A stretch of DNA of 64,000 nucleotides from Antedon mediterranea (lineage: Eukaryota > Animalia > Echinodermata), in the NCBI RefSeq assembly GCF_964355755.1, contig NC_092678.1, positions 6,588,422-6,652,421 on the forward strand. The letters run 5' to 3'. This document shows, in pieces, positions 1 through 11,862 of this stretch. Below the pieces are notes generated by a model. The model was not told the DNA's origin. It worked only from the letters and a program-made list of their open reading frames with translations, and searched no databases. The position numbers were made by a program, and so were the translations under genes. Within the stretch, counting starts at the first letter, position 1; the number at the start of each line of letters is the position of its first letter.

Positions 1-2313
1 ACGACTGTTGGTAATTTGTAAATGTTACTACGATTAATAACAATATCAGTTAATGGATGCAGGAATTTGGAAATTGAATAGTATGTTTGTCATCAGTAAG
101 TCGCCAATTACGCCAATAAGCCTTCAATTCCAATTCATTGGTGTGCGATATTTATACAATCCACTGACTATATCACCTGGAAAAGTGACATCGTTCGTTT
201 GTTAAGCTCATCTTACTATCTCTAGTTTGGTAGATAATTGAAGAAAAATGCATTTACACTTCTTTCTTTTTGTGCTTCCATTTACTTATTAACTAAAATC
301 AGTTATTTTCTCATATACAGTAAGTGTAGTAAAAACCTTGTTTATATACAACTTATTATTTTAATCAAAATGATATTAACATTATTCAGAATGCAAATTA
401 CTGGAAAATGACTATGGTTGGATCTCAATTGAAACATGAAATTCAAAGGCTAAGAAAGCTAAATCAAAACAATAAAGTAAAACAGTCAAAAAGCTCTATT
501 CTTTTGTCGTATTATTTTTAATTTATAAATTACATTTAAATGAACAATATAAATATATATAAATTCCATATTGTATACAATACTGTTGACATTTTAAATG
601 CATCTATAAAATGTCTGTTGGTACAGTCTTACCTATATTTAGTGAGTAGGTTTTTTATATAGAAATCTGAAATCCGATATCCAAAGATCACAATCTCATT
701 AACTGATTGCATTTAGGCAATCATTGGTAATCTTAACGACTTAAACTAGTGTCCATAGTGACCACACACATTGATCAACAGTTTTTAAGAAATTGTTTTC
801 TTCATATATTTATATACACTATATAATTTATATATAACTTACTGTTTTATTGACTAAAAATAATATTTTATTCAATATTAATTTCAACAATAACAATAGG
901 TTTAACCTAATATTATTTTTTTTCGATGTCACCGCTGCATAAAAATATATTAAATACAAAAAGGGAGGCGAAAAGGAAGGGAGGAATAGGTTACCTATAC
1001 ATGTACCTCTAATTACTATATCTATTATATTTTAATATAATAATTTAAGAACATAGTTGTCAAAATCATATTTAAAGAATTAATTAATCTATTTCATTTT
1101 TTGTAACCTGTAAGATTTTAATAATAAGATGAAGAAAGAAAATATTGAATTGCAAAATTAGAAAGCAATTTGAAAGGATTATAAGTTCAGAAGATAATTC
1201 TTTACATTTGAAATATTAGACAAGAAGGACTGATAATTTACAATTATTCACTGGAAAGCAACCATGATAAATCGTTAACACTAAAGCTATATTGTATCCG
1301 ATACTCCATAAATTATAAGACACAAAATACATCATTACCAAAGGCCACATTTAAGGGTTTCCATAAAAAAGGTGATGAAAATTGCTTGATTAGAACCATT
1401 TTTGTATCAGACGAGTTTATTGGAACCTTGGCGAAGATAAATTTATTATTGCCTCATACCTGTTTCACTTGGTTGCCGATATTTAACCTGATGAAGTAAT
1501 ATTCATCCAGGTGATTCATGGTGTAATTTTGCTCACATCTTCTCAATCAAAGATGTTACCTACAAATTGATTTTCGGGCTGGGGAATTAAGCGGAGGAAA
1601 TAGAATTCTAATATCTAGCTATTTGGAAATTAAAACTGTCTGCTGACGTAATTAAACAAGATCAAAATAATGTATAATAAAATTTTACACAATTATTAAT
1701 ATAAATAATAGATTTTTGTTTCATTTTATGAATAATTTGGTATATTAAATTGATACATATTTTTAGAAAAATCAATCAAATTTTCATTACTTTGAGTTAG
1801 GAAAACACATTTTATTTCATTAACTGTTCGGTTTTTCTCAATTTAATTTCTGAGTCTCGTATGATTGTTGACTAGGTTTTAGAACTCATTACACGAGTAC
1901 AATCTTGACGTTTGTTCAGAGCAGGATGACAAGAATGCCAATAACGCGTGCTATAGCATTCTACCGTCTTCATTATAGAATGTCAGTGTTTATAAACATC
2001 TTCATTAAATCTTGAAATTGATGTGGGAATTATTTGTGCATCGAATTACATACATCATTAGTTGCTACTACCGTAAGTCAAGTCATGAGAGGTCCATGTC
2101 CCTTGCAAAAGGTAGCGAATAATATAGCATAGGTTAAAGTACAGGTAATGAAATGCAGAGATCATCTTAAAACATGCCATTTGCGAGCCTTTAAAATGAC
2201 CAGTTTTTTTATTAGAAGTTAGACATTGATGGAAAAAACTAAGGTTCAAAGGTCATTTGAAAAGCAGTATCAATACCATACTGTAGTATTTTGTATGAAG
2301 TTAGAACGTAAAT

Positions 2314-2515
2314 AGGTCATAGGGACCATGCAGTTACTGCAGTAATTACATTTTTGCTCCTAAACCATTATGCAATTAATAGCAAGCTTTATTTTTGGGA
2401 TAGCCATACACACTGTTTATTGCCAAAGACTGCCTCATAATTTAACCTCTACACTGAAACAAACTAAAATCATACATTTACTGCAGTAACTGCAGTAGAA
2501 TGGTCCCTATGACCT
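2314..2515. mobile_element. MITE-like element with terminal inverted repeats
   Basis: Perfect 16-bp IR AGGTCATAGGGACCAT (2314-2329) / ATGGTCCCTATGACCT (2500-2515) plus inner IR GCAGTTACTGCAGTAA; related sequence near 42425-42570. No clear TSD. Confidence 0.6.
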
Positions 2516-4464
2516 CTCTAATACATTGCTTTATTATTACTGTTATTTTAGAATATTTTAAATGAAACTACAATTCTTGCTAAAATAATTTTATAACTCC
2601 AGAGTCAAGATTGATGTAACTCAAGGAAGAGCCTATATTGCATAATTAATAAATTGTTGAGTTCACTACAGTATCTTTGAGGTTTTTATTTTTGATAATA
2701 TAATGTTGTATCCTTATTCCTTTAGTAAAGCAAACTTAGCAAGTTCAATTTCTGAAATAAGATTATTATCACCTGCTCTTAAATTCATTACAGCTATTTA
2801 AATGTGACTAAACAGTTTAAAAGATTATCAAGCAATTTAATGCTTTTATATTCTATTGTTGATTCAACCTCCCTGCAACAAAGTACCCTTTAGGTGACGG
2901 AACTATGATAAAACTTGAGAAAAATCACAAAAGAGTTTCCTTGGTTCTCAAATAAATACCGAAAAGCTTTAGCGCAAACACAAGTGACTGGATGTATATT
3001 TGGTGTTTATATTAATTTTGTAACAGTAGATAAAACAAATATCGAAAGTTGGTTCTTCTTACTTTAGTAAAGATGATACAATGCATTGATTATTTAGTAA
3101 GGTACATAATATCAAGGTTACCGGCTTTTAATTTACAATATTTATTCACAAAGTGAATGCACTGCTTGTCCACTGAACCCAAATCAGTTAATATTTTCCC
3201 GTTTACCTAACAATATCACAAATAGTGCCGCAGTTTGTTTATGCCGCTTCTGTCATGAAATATGATAGGCTTGCGGCTGTCGTTGTCATTGGGTAAAGAC
3301 TTGATAGGCTTTTAACCCAAGCCTATTGTCATTCCTAAACCTAGGCCCTGAAAAGGTGATAATGACCTAGAGAAATATTCCTTTAGGCTCTTAATGGGCG
3401 ACACATAATAAAGTGTTATTCTCTTTTCAAGCTTGAGTACTTCTGCTGTATATACCAGAGTAATGGTGGTGAACTTGTGTTGGCTAGGCCCTTTGTTTTC
3501 TAGGTGGCATGTAAGGGCCACCAACCTAAATACATCTGTGGGTTTAAGTTGCTTATTCTACCTACAGGCTGACTCACTACTTAGGAATTGCCAGTTGAAT
3601 GTAATATTGTCTCTGGTTTTTATCGGTTTCTCTGATGTTTTGGATTTGGGATATTTTTAGTTTTGTGATGTCGCTGTCTAGTCTTTGTGTTGTGTCCTTC
3701 GGTTCACCTTTAGTAAACAAATTTTCGACTCTTTCAATACCGAGCCAAGCAGATTAAAATGAATGAAATTTTAAATAACAAAAATAAATTCACTGACAGA
3801 TTGTACAATAATATCACTAGAGTTCCATGATTTTAATGATATTCAATCTTATGTATTATATTGACATTTGTATTCAAATTTTCAGATTATATATGGTACA
3901 AACATATGCGTTATTAAAAATTGTTTAATGATTGTATTATATGGAATTTAAGTATGTTTTTTTTGACAATTCTGCTGTCTACATATAATCAATATTATTT
4001 TCCATTTTCTAATAATAACAATTTGAAAATATACTTTCATACAATATTTTTATGATGGTATATGTTGTTGACTTTTGATTTGTATTGATGCTTATTAATT
4101 AGATAACCCTAGCAACAGATTGTGATTATGTCAAGTGAATCGATGGGTAGATGTGTATCAATATATAATTGTATAGTAGATGGGTGTAGCTAGAAAAGTC
4201 TGTTTGGTCATGTGGGTGTCAAATTTAAAACCGAGTATTTTATATGCAGGTGCTGTGTTGAAATTAGGCTTGGAATAAGCTTCAGGATGGGTGGAAGATG
4301 CCTATCTCTGCCCAGCAGAGTAACATTCTGATAGTCCTAGGCATCTTGGTTCCAAAAGATGTAGAGTAATGTCAAAGATTACCATTCGTACATGCTTATA
4401 AACCATTAATCGTTGTAGTAGCTGTCATCACCAAAAACTAAATATTTATCTGTTGTTATTTCAG

Positions 4465-4709
4465 GTCAATGGGCAAGATTTAACTAAATCATCTCACGAG
4501 GAAGCAGTAGAAGCTTTTAAAAATGCATCAGAACCTATCGTCGTGCAAGTTCTTCGCCGTACATCAAGAACGAAGGGAAAGGATGATAAGGAACCTTTAC
4601 ATTGCAACGCGGGCACACAGACAGACTTACAGAGTGAGGATTTACTGTGGAGGGTGCTTCAGCGATGTCCTACCCCACCCCCAGCCCCATCAGACGTATC
4701 ATTAGAAGG
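4465..4709 (+). CDS. PDZRN4: PDZRN3/4-like E3 ligase, internal exon (end of PDZ1)
   Basis: tttcag|GTC acceptor, GG|gtaagt donor; VNGQDLTKSSHEEAVEAFKNASEPIVVQVLRRT closely resembles the end of PDZ1 in vertebrate PDZRN3/4; 245 nt, ends phase 2. Confidence 0.93.
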
Positions 4710-5191
4710 GTAAGTTATTAACCTTTTTTTTGTATATTGTAGATATTTACCTATCTTTTCACATAAAGATGGTTGAACAGAACCCAAAAGTTTAACTTTA
4801 AGGTAATACTTACCATATACGACCATGATAAGTTTAGGTCATAAAAAATTAAAATTCATATGTTACTGTCTTCTGTTATATTACAACGTGACCAGGTCAA
4901 AGTTGACAACAAAACACTGAAAGTAAAGTAATATTTATATTAAAATAGTCTGTAGAAAATTGGAAATTATTGTAAAATATTTTTTATAAAATCTAGTCTG
5001 TTCAGTTATGCTGCATTATATATTTAGATTTATTTATTAAATATGATTATTTTTTATATGATTATTCTGTATGTAATTCCTTCCTTAGGCATTCATGTTT
5101 CTAGATTTAGAGGTAGAAAATAGATCACCCATCTCGTACAAATTAATTATTGATGGCTAGCAATCTGGATATTATTTTTTTTCTCACCCAG

Positions 5192-5327
5192 ATTATGTGA
5201 CCTCCCCTCTCCTGAACCTTTGACCTCTTTCGATGGTGATTTGATGAATGATCTGTATGCAATGGACAACCTTGATATGCCTATTATTGATGATAGTATG
5301 GAAAAGACATTTGAGATGGAATATGAG
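5192..5327 (+). CDS. PDZRN4: PDZRN3/4-like, acidic linker exon
   Basis: cccag|A acceptor completes the phase-2 Gly; reads LCDLPSPEPL...EKTFEMEYE then gtatta donor; the EYE end matches the segment preceding PDZ2; 136 nt. Confidence 0.88.
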
Positions 5328-5369
5328 GTATTATTTTTTAATTTGTCAAAAAAACTTTACTTTAACATA

Positions 5370-5878
5370 AGATAAACCTCAGCCCCTTTTTGAGTCTGGC
5401 TTTTGTATATTGAATAAAATCTACTATATTCTAATGGGAATTAATAATATAAGTGATAGCGTGAAATTGTTTAATATTTTCACGTTATTGTGGACTTTGT
5501 CAGTGATGTTGACTTAAGTATTGAAGATATTTACTGTAACCCCAGCCTCCGGATGTATCTGGTTTTGATGCATTGAAAAAGAATAGTAAAAGCCAATGTA
5601 TTGTAAGAATGGTATTTAATAATATAATTAATAGTGTGAAGTTGTTTAATATACAGTATGTACGTTTTTGTTGACTTTGTCAGTGATGTTGACTTCAGTA
5701 TTAAAGATATTACTGGAACCCCAGCCCCCGCATGCATCTGGTTTTGATATATTGAATAAGAATAATAAAAGCCAATGTATTGTAATGGTATTTAATAATA
5801 TAATTGATAGTGTGAAGTCGTTTAATATATGCATGTTTTTTGTTGACTGTATCAATGATGTTGACTTACGTATTGAAT
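5370..5878. repeat. Degenerate tandem repeat, ~178-bp unit, about 3 copies
   Basis: Recurring GACTTTGTCAGTGATGTTGACTT and AAAGCCAATGTATTGTAA blocks at ~178-bp spacing. Confidence 0.75.
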
Positions 5879-6639
5879 TAAGTTTAATCCTCATCTGCAC
5901 ATCTTGTAATACAGTTTGTCATTGAAGACTGAGATATTGATTGTAATAGCACACTGGATATGTCGTTGCTGCTGTATAGAACATCAAGGGTAGTTTTAAC
6001 TACACGAGTCGATGTTGTTTTTAGGCCGTTACTATGTTAGCCAGCAGATTCTTGTTGTTCTAAGCCAGGCCAGTGTAATATATATATAGGTGTATGTTTT
6101 TATAAGCTGTCTTAAGACTAGCAATTGTTTCATTAAAATGTGGCTAATTGATGCTTTTCAGACTTAATTCTTTAACGAAACATTTACATAGCACAGATGG
6201 TAATGAGATTTTGTGTAATTTGACAACGCTTGTTTGTTTTTACAAACAATAATGAATTAATAAAAGATACTTTAGTTTTGAAATTGCGTCCAATATTATT
6301 AGAGTTGTACTCAATCACGGAACACCTTAATAATACTCGTATTTCAACGTTAAATTGGTTGTGATTCGCTCGACAGAATCAATTCTCGGAGCTGAAAGCC
6401 TATGTTGAAAATCTTGTAATCTAATTTTGTGAAATTTGTCGATTTGTTCGTACAAACGGTAACCGAATACACAGAAACCTTAAAATTAGAAGCTTCTACG
6501 TTGAAGTGGTGATACTTCGGATTTATATTAAATTTCAAATTATTTTCGTTCGAACATAAAATATTTAGGAGTGGCATTGAATAATGTTAAGCATGATGAT
6601 TTATATTAACTTAAGGATAAAGATGATTTATTATGACAT

Positions 6640-7093
6640 ATATGTTCCAACATAATGGACTCCATGATTGCGTTGTCCTACATACCGTGCAGGAGTATTC
6701 CATTTATTGGACTTCCGACTGTGGGAAGACATCCATGATGAAGTGAAAGATTCCCTGCTATTGGATTATTTCCCTACATTCCTTGCTAAACTTAAAATAA
6801 ATTTGTTCTCCGATAATAATTAGGCTTATGTATATAATTTAAAATACTTTTTATATATATTTTTTATATTATGATTTAAACTTGGCTTTGGAATTTTGAT
6901 ATATTATATTTTAAGATGGTATAATCATTGCTTGTGAAACTGGGTGAGTGGGGAACACAGGCTTTAAGTCATAGTGATTAGGTTCGCTTTTGTGTCCCAT
7001 GCCAGCTCACTCAGTTGGTTCTATTGTTTTTTTTATTGTATGTTGTGTTTTTCATGTATTTTATATTTGGTAATAAAGGAATAAGAATAAGAA
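6640..7093 (+). mobile_element. Decayed 3' end of a CR1/L2-group LINE
   Basis: Frame RLWEDIHDEVKDSLLLDYFPTFLAKLKINLF resembles the LW..L...K......F...LK C-terminus of CR1/L2 ORF2; followed by a GC-rich hairpin (6939-7015) and a short (GAATAA)n tail. Confidence 0.45.
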
Positions 7094-7240
7094 ACGATTA
7101 AAACTAACGATATATAAAGAATTATATAAAAGTCTTCAAATAAAAACATATATATTTTAGTAGTCAGCTGTTTTTTAGGCATTCTTTAATCAGATACATG
7201 TATATTTTGAAACTAAAATGATTATATTTTTGTTTTTAAG

Positions 7241-7333
7241 GATGTTGTCCTAAAGAGAAGTAATACCACAGAGAAGCTTGGGTTAACATTGTGCTATGGT
7301 GAAGAAGACGATACTGGTATATTTATTAATGAG
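7241..7333 (+). CDS. PDZRN4: PDZRN3/4-like, PDZ2 exon 1
   Basis: tttaag|GAT and GAG|gtaaat; DVVLKRSNTTEKLGLTLCYGEEDDTGIFINE carries the KLGLT(L/V)CY motif of PDZRN3/4 PDZ2; 93 nt, phase 0. Confidence 0.95.
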
Positions 7334-8336
7334 GTAAATAAAACTGTTTAATCTTGCATAGCGTTAGATTTAGTAAAAGTCAGTAAAACCAATCACTGAC
7401 TAGTAACACCTACATAGGCCAGTAATACTGTGATAAATTAGCCAACTAAATCATTTTGTAATTTGGGGTAGTTGCAGAAGCTTTCACAATTTTGTGTCGA
7501 ATATGAGAAAATGTTTGTAACATTTCATTGATTTTAAAACGTAGTTGCTTATCGAAAATAAATAAATCCTAAATTCTCATAAAATAGCAATTATTCAAGT
7601 CCTTTTAAGTAGATTTTAATTGAAAGTGTTTAAAAATAAGGTGGAAAATACCACATAAGTATCAATTGAAATTTTAAAAAAAGTGTTAGTGGATAGGTAT
7701 TACAGTAATAACATTTTATTTTACGCGCCACAGTTGTTTTTAGCTTATTTCACTTGCTACAGTAGAAGTGTTTTCTTGGAAAGTGCACATGAACTTCCGT
7801 TTAAATACAAGTGGGGGATTTGATAATTTCCAATCTGCTTGTCGTATTCAGGAGGGGATGGCAATAGATCATGCTGACAACAAGCCAGTTTTTTTTTTAC
7901 TAATCTTAAACCAATTTAACAGATGTTTTGGAAAGTGTGTTGAATTTTAAGGCCATGTGTACTTTGTGTGTTTTGTATGGTAAAGTTCATGTATGGAGAC
8001 ATTTTGGTTTGCCCTTAAGAGGTGCCATATGCGTTGTAGAACCTCTGCCTGACAGACTGGTGTAGCAGCTTTTTATGTAAGGCTATTGGCCAGTTCACAG
8101 CATGTGACCACGTGGGAATAGAATAGAATTGTTTTACAATTGTTAATGTCAAAACACGTTGTTTGTGTGTGAACTTTGAAAAGTAAATTTATTATCTCAT
8201 GTAAGGAAATGGTTAATATTTGTAAAATGTACTCACAAAATAGGGTCAATACATTAAAATGTATAAATAAAAATGACAAATTGTGTACATAAATGTAATA
8301 AGATATTATATATTTACAATATATTTACTAGGAAAG

Positions 8337-8453
8337 ATACCTGCCCCAGGTACCTGCCCCAGGTACCTGCCCCAGGTACCTGCCCCAGGTACCTGCCCCA
8401 GGTACCTGCCCCAGGTACCTGCCCCAGGTACCTGCCTCAGGTACCTGCTCCAG
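8337..8453. repeat. 13-bp GC-rich minisatellite (AGGTACCTGCCCC)n, about 9 copies
   Basis: Directly visible; eight GGTACC sites at 13-bp spacing, each within palindrome CAGGTACCTG. Confidence 0.95.
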
Positions 8454-8461
8454 TAGAGTAA

Positions 8462-9150
8462 GGGCGCGTTTATACAACACGCTATTACACGCATATTCTA
8501 CACGCCTACGAGAAGTGTGTTGTATAACAACAAAGAGATTCCGTGTAATGAGATTTTAATTGCAAAAAAGGCTACTTGGCTGAATCCTAAAATTTGGTGG
8601 ATTCCCGGTCGCCGTTACTGTGTTGGAAGTGTCCTCAGGGTATATTTTGACCTCTCGTTAAAACAGGTCGTAATATCAATCATGTCATGCGACGTCTAAC
8701 AAGATTGGGCCCATTTATTGCTGTTTCGCTGCCAGCAATCATCTTCCTACCACGTCTTACGCCTAGCCTGGTAGGGCCAACTCGTAGTGGTAGTAGGCCT
8801 CTATAGACTATCGTTTCCCACTCCAAACAGAATAAAAAATAACATCGCAAAAATGGCATCTTCTTCCATAGTTGAAACAATGAAACCCTTAAAATAACTT
8901 TTATTAATTTAAATGAACCGAGAACAAAATAAACAACAATGCTGCAAACGTGAACGAATACAATAATGAGAATGGTAAAAACCGCGCGAATACATCGGAC
9001 AGCGAGGAGGCGACGATGATTTGTTGACAACAACCCAGTCAACAATTCAATTCAAGCGATCAACGATTTGACCGTTTATCCTAGCATGCACTGCGTGTTG
9101 ATGAAACTTCCGGTACGTGTTCAAATTTAGGGTGTTGTATAAACACGACC
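8462..9150. mobile_element. PIF/Harbinger-type non-autonomous element (689 bp)
   Basis: 23-bp TIRs GGGCGCGTTTATACAACACGCTA / TAGGGTGTTGTATAAACACGACC (3 mismatches), flanked by TAA at 8459-8461 and 9151-9153; interior CpG-rich relative to the intron. Confidence 0.8.
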
Positions 9151-9699
9151 TAAGCTAACCTGCCTTTCCCTAATTAAAAATCCTGGATTCGCCATTGAAT
9201 GTCCATGAATAATATGAAAAAATGTGTAAATTAGGAACACGTTCTAATGTGCAATTGCAACAATGTGTTTAAGAAACGCATATAAATAAAGAAAAACATT
9301 ATTACTACAGAATTTAACAATTTTGTATTTTAAATTTTCAGTTTACAGTTTTCGTCAAATTCTAGATTCGTGTTTGAATGAAGGAATTTTTTGTCACTAA
9401 ATTATAATCAACTCAACAAATATGACAACTCTACTGAAACATGATTTAAGTTCATAAGTTCATACAATTATCAGATTCATAATTCTATTCACGTATAAAT
9501 TTGACGTATATTCACTTCAAATCTCGTAAGAAAATAATGTGATTCGATTGATAAGCCTTATGGGTATAGTGAAACATGGCTGACCCGTGTGACATAAATA
9601 AAACATGAGAATATAGCTAATTAGAAAGAATGTGCAATTTAAAGGTATTTTGAATTATTCCCAAAGGTAGAATACAGCAGCTTTTGCATTGTTAGGTAT

Positions 9700-10048
9700 T
9701 GTCAAATGTAAAAAAACAAGTTTCAATTTTAACTGAATAACACTACTGCAGGGCTGGGCATACTAGGCGTATTCTATAATGCCATATTACAAAATTTAAC
9801 TGTTTATCATCTCCTACTGAAAATATCTGTTCAACATTTTTAAATTGTATCAAATGTAGAATGTTTAAAAAAAAAGTTTCAATTTTAACAGAATAACACT
9901 TCTGCAGGGCTGGGCAGGCCCATTCTGTAAAGCAATATTACAAAATGATACTGTTTATCGTCCAATTCCTACTGAAGAAATCACAAAAACATTTTTAGAT
10001 TTTGTCAAATGTAGAATGTTTAAAAAACAAAACAAGTTTCAATTTTAT
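9700..10048. repeat. Local tandem duplication, ~155-bp unit
   Basis: AAGTTTCAATTTTAAC-GAATAACACT-CTGCAGGGCTGGGCA repeated near 9718 and 9873, partial third copy near 10035. Confidence 0.75.
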
Positions 10049-11379
10049 TCACTTTTCCAAAATAAATGTGCTAAAATGTTCTTAAATTAATAACATATTA
10101 AAATTATGAAAAACAAATTAATATGATTTTCTAATTTTACATAATTATATACTTGAATCAAATATTCTTAGCACCTCGTAAAATATATTCAGGATATTGA
10201 CAGGTAAAGGAACTAGAGAGTGTTTAATATTGATTTATCTTCTAAGAGCTTACCTGTGTTGTTGTAGATATTATTATTCTTTTGTGTTCAAATTAAGAAA
10301 CGTAGACAAACAGATGTTTATAGACAATTAACAAGTGTAAGGGAACAATTAAGATATAGTATTCTGTTGTAATGTGGCTCAGATTTATTGTGTATCGTAA
10401 TTGATTCCTGCTCAATTTCAACTTAAATCATTTATGCGCGACATCGCCATATACATAGGTGAACAATGATCAGTTATGTTGCGCATTACCTTTGACACAG
10501 TTGAGGTTTAGGTTGTGGTGATGAAGTTTCAGTTTTTAATTGATACATTGTCTTTTCATTTAACCCACATCCTCAGTAGCTTGTCTGATGATGAGATGCA
10601 GATTTGTTTACACCTTACATGCCAATTTTTAAATTAATTTATTAACTTTAATTTTTGGAATCAAAATATTTATTGCACTCAGCAACATTTTTAGCTGTAG
10701 CTATAGTCAACAAAAATGGGTAAAGTTCTTACACAACAGAGAGACAGAGGTAGGTACAAGGTAAATGGAAGGTGCGGCATATATAATTCAAAATACAGAA
10801 TTATTTGGTTAAGTTCAGCTCATAATTTTAACATATTTAGGCCCTCTCCATATTTCAACCATGCCCCTAATTTAACAGGGTATTAGCAATTCCTCTTGTC
10901 TGTGCCGCCCTTAGGGATATCCCAGATAACAGGTTCTACTGTAGTTCCTTTAGCTAGAAGTTTTCCAATTTTTTTTCTAATCCAATAAACAATCTAAAGT
11001 TGTAAATATATTGGCATTGATTTACCTTAGTGCCTTTTAAAACCATAAACACTAACAATGAATATTAAATGTCAGACCCATAAACCATCAATCCATAATA
11101 TCACCCGTTCAAACTATTAATAAATAAAAATAATGCTTATAAATCAGAATAGTAAAATTCACATTTTAATTGATTTATATGCTTGAACGATTTCAACTTA
11201 GTTTATAGGTGTAATTACAGGTAATTAATATATGTTGCAGATTATATGTATGCCAAGATTTATTACAATACTTTAAACTTTTACAATAAATTCATTTTTA
11301 GAAGGTAACATTAAAATATCAAATTTCTTAGCATACCAATACTTGGTAGAATCTAATACTTAACCAATTAATATGATAA

Positions 11380-11862
11380 ATGTTTTACTACAAATAATAA
11401 ATAATTTTACAATTTATGCAAATACTTATAATTTATGCAAATTATGTATTGTTTATGCAAATTATACTTAAATGTCAAAATGCTATTTAAAGTATCAATT
11501 TTTTTGGACATAAATAACACAAAGTTTGTAAAATTCTAAATATGTTACTACAATAAAATAGTTAAATTATAACTCATGCAAATTACTTATTATTTATGCA
11601 AATTACTTATTATTTATGTACAGTAAATTTGTATTTATGCTAATTACTTATTTTTTCTAAAATGCTATTTAAAGTATCAATTTTTTGGACATAAATAACA
11701 CAAAGTTTGTACAATTCTAAATATGTTACTACAATAAAATAGTTTAATAACTTATGCAAATTACTTATTATTTATGCAAATTACTTATTAGTAATGTACA
11801 GTAAATTTGTATTTATGCTAATTATTTATTTTTTCTAAAATGCTGTTTGAAGTATCAATTTT
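11380..11862. repeat. ~180-bp tandem duplication rich in ATGCAAAT octamers
   Basis: AAAATGCTATTTAAAGTATCAATTTTTTGGACATAAATAACACAAAGTTTGTA repeated; seven ATGCAAAT and two ATGCTAAT. Confidence 0.8.

Noticed and set aside
8273-8494. PRYLPQVPAPGTC repeat ORFs on both strands
   Set aside because: Product of the 13-bp palindromic minisatellite.
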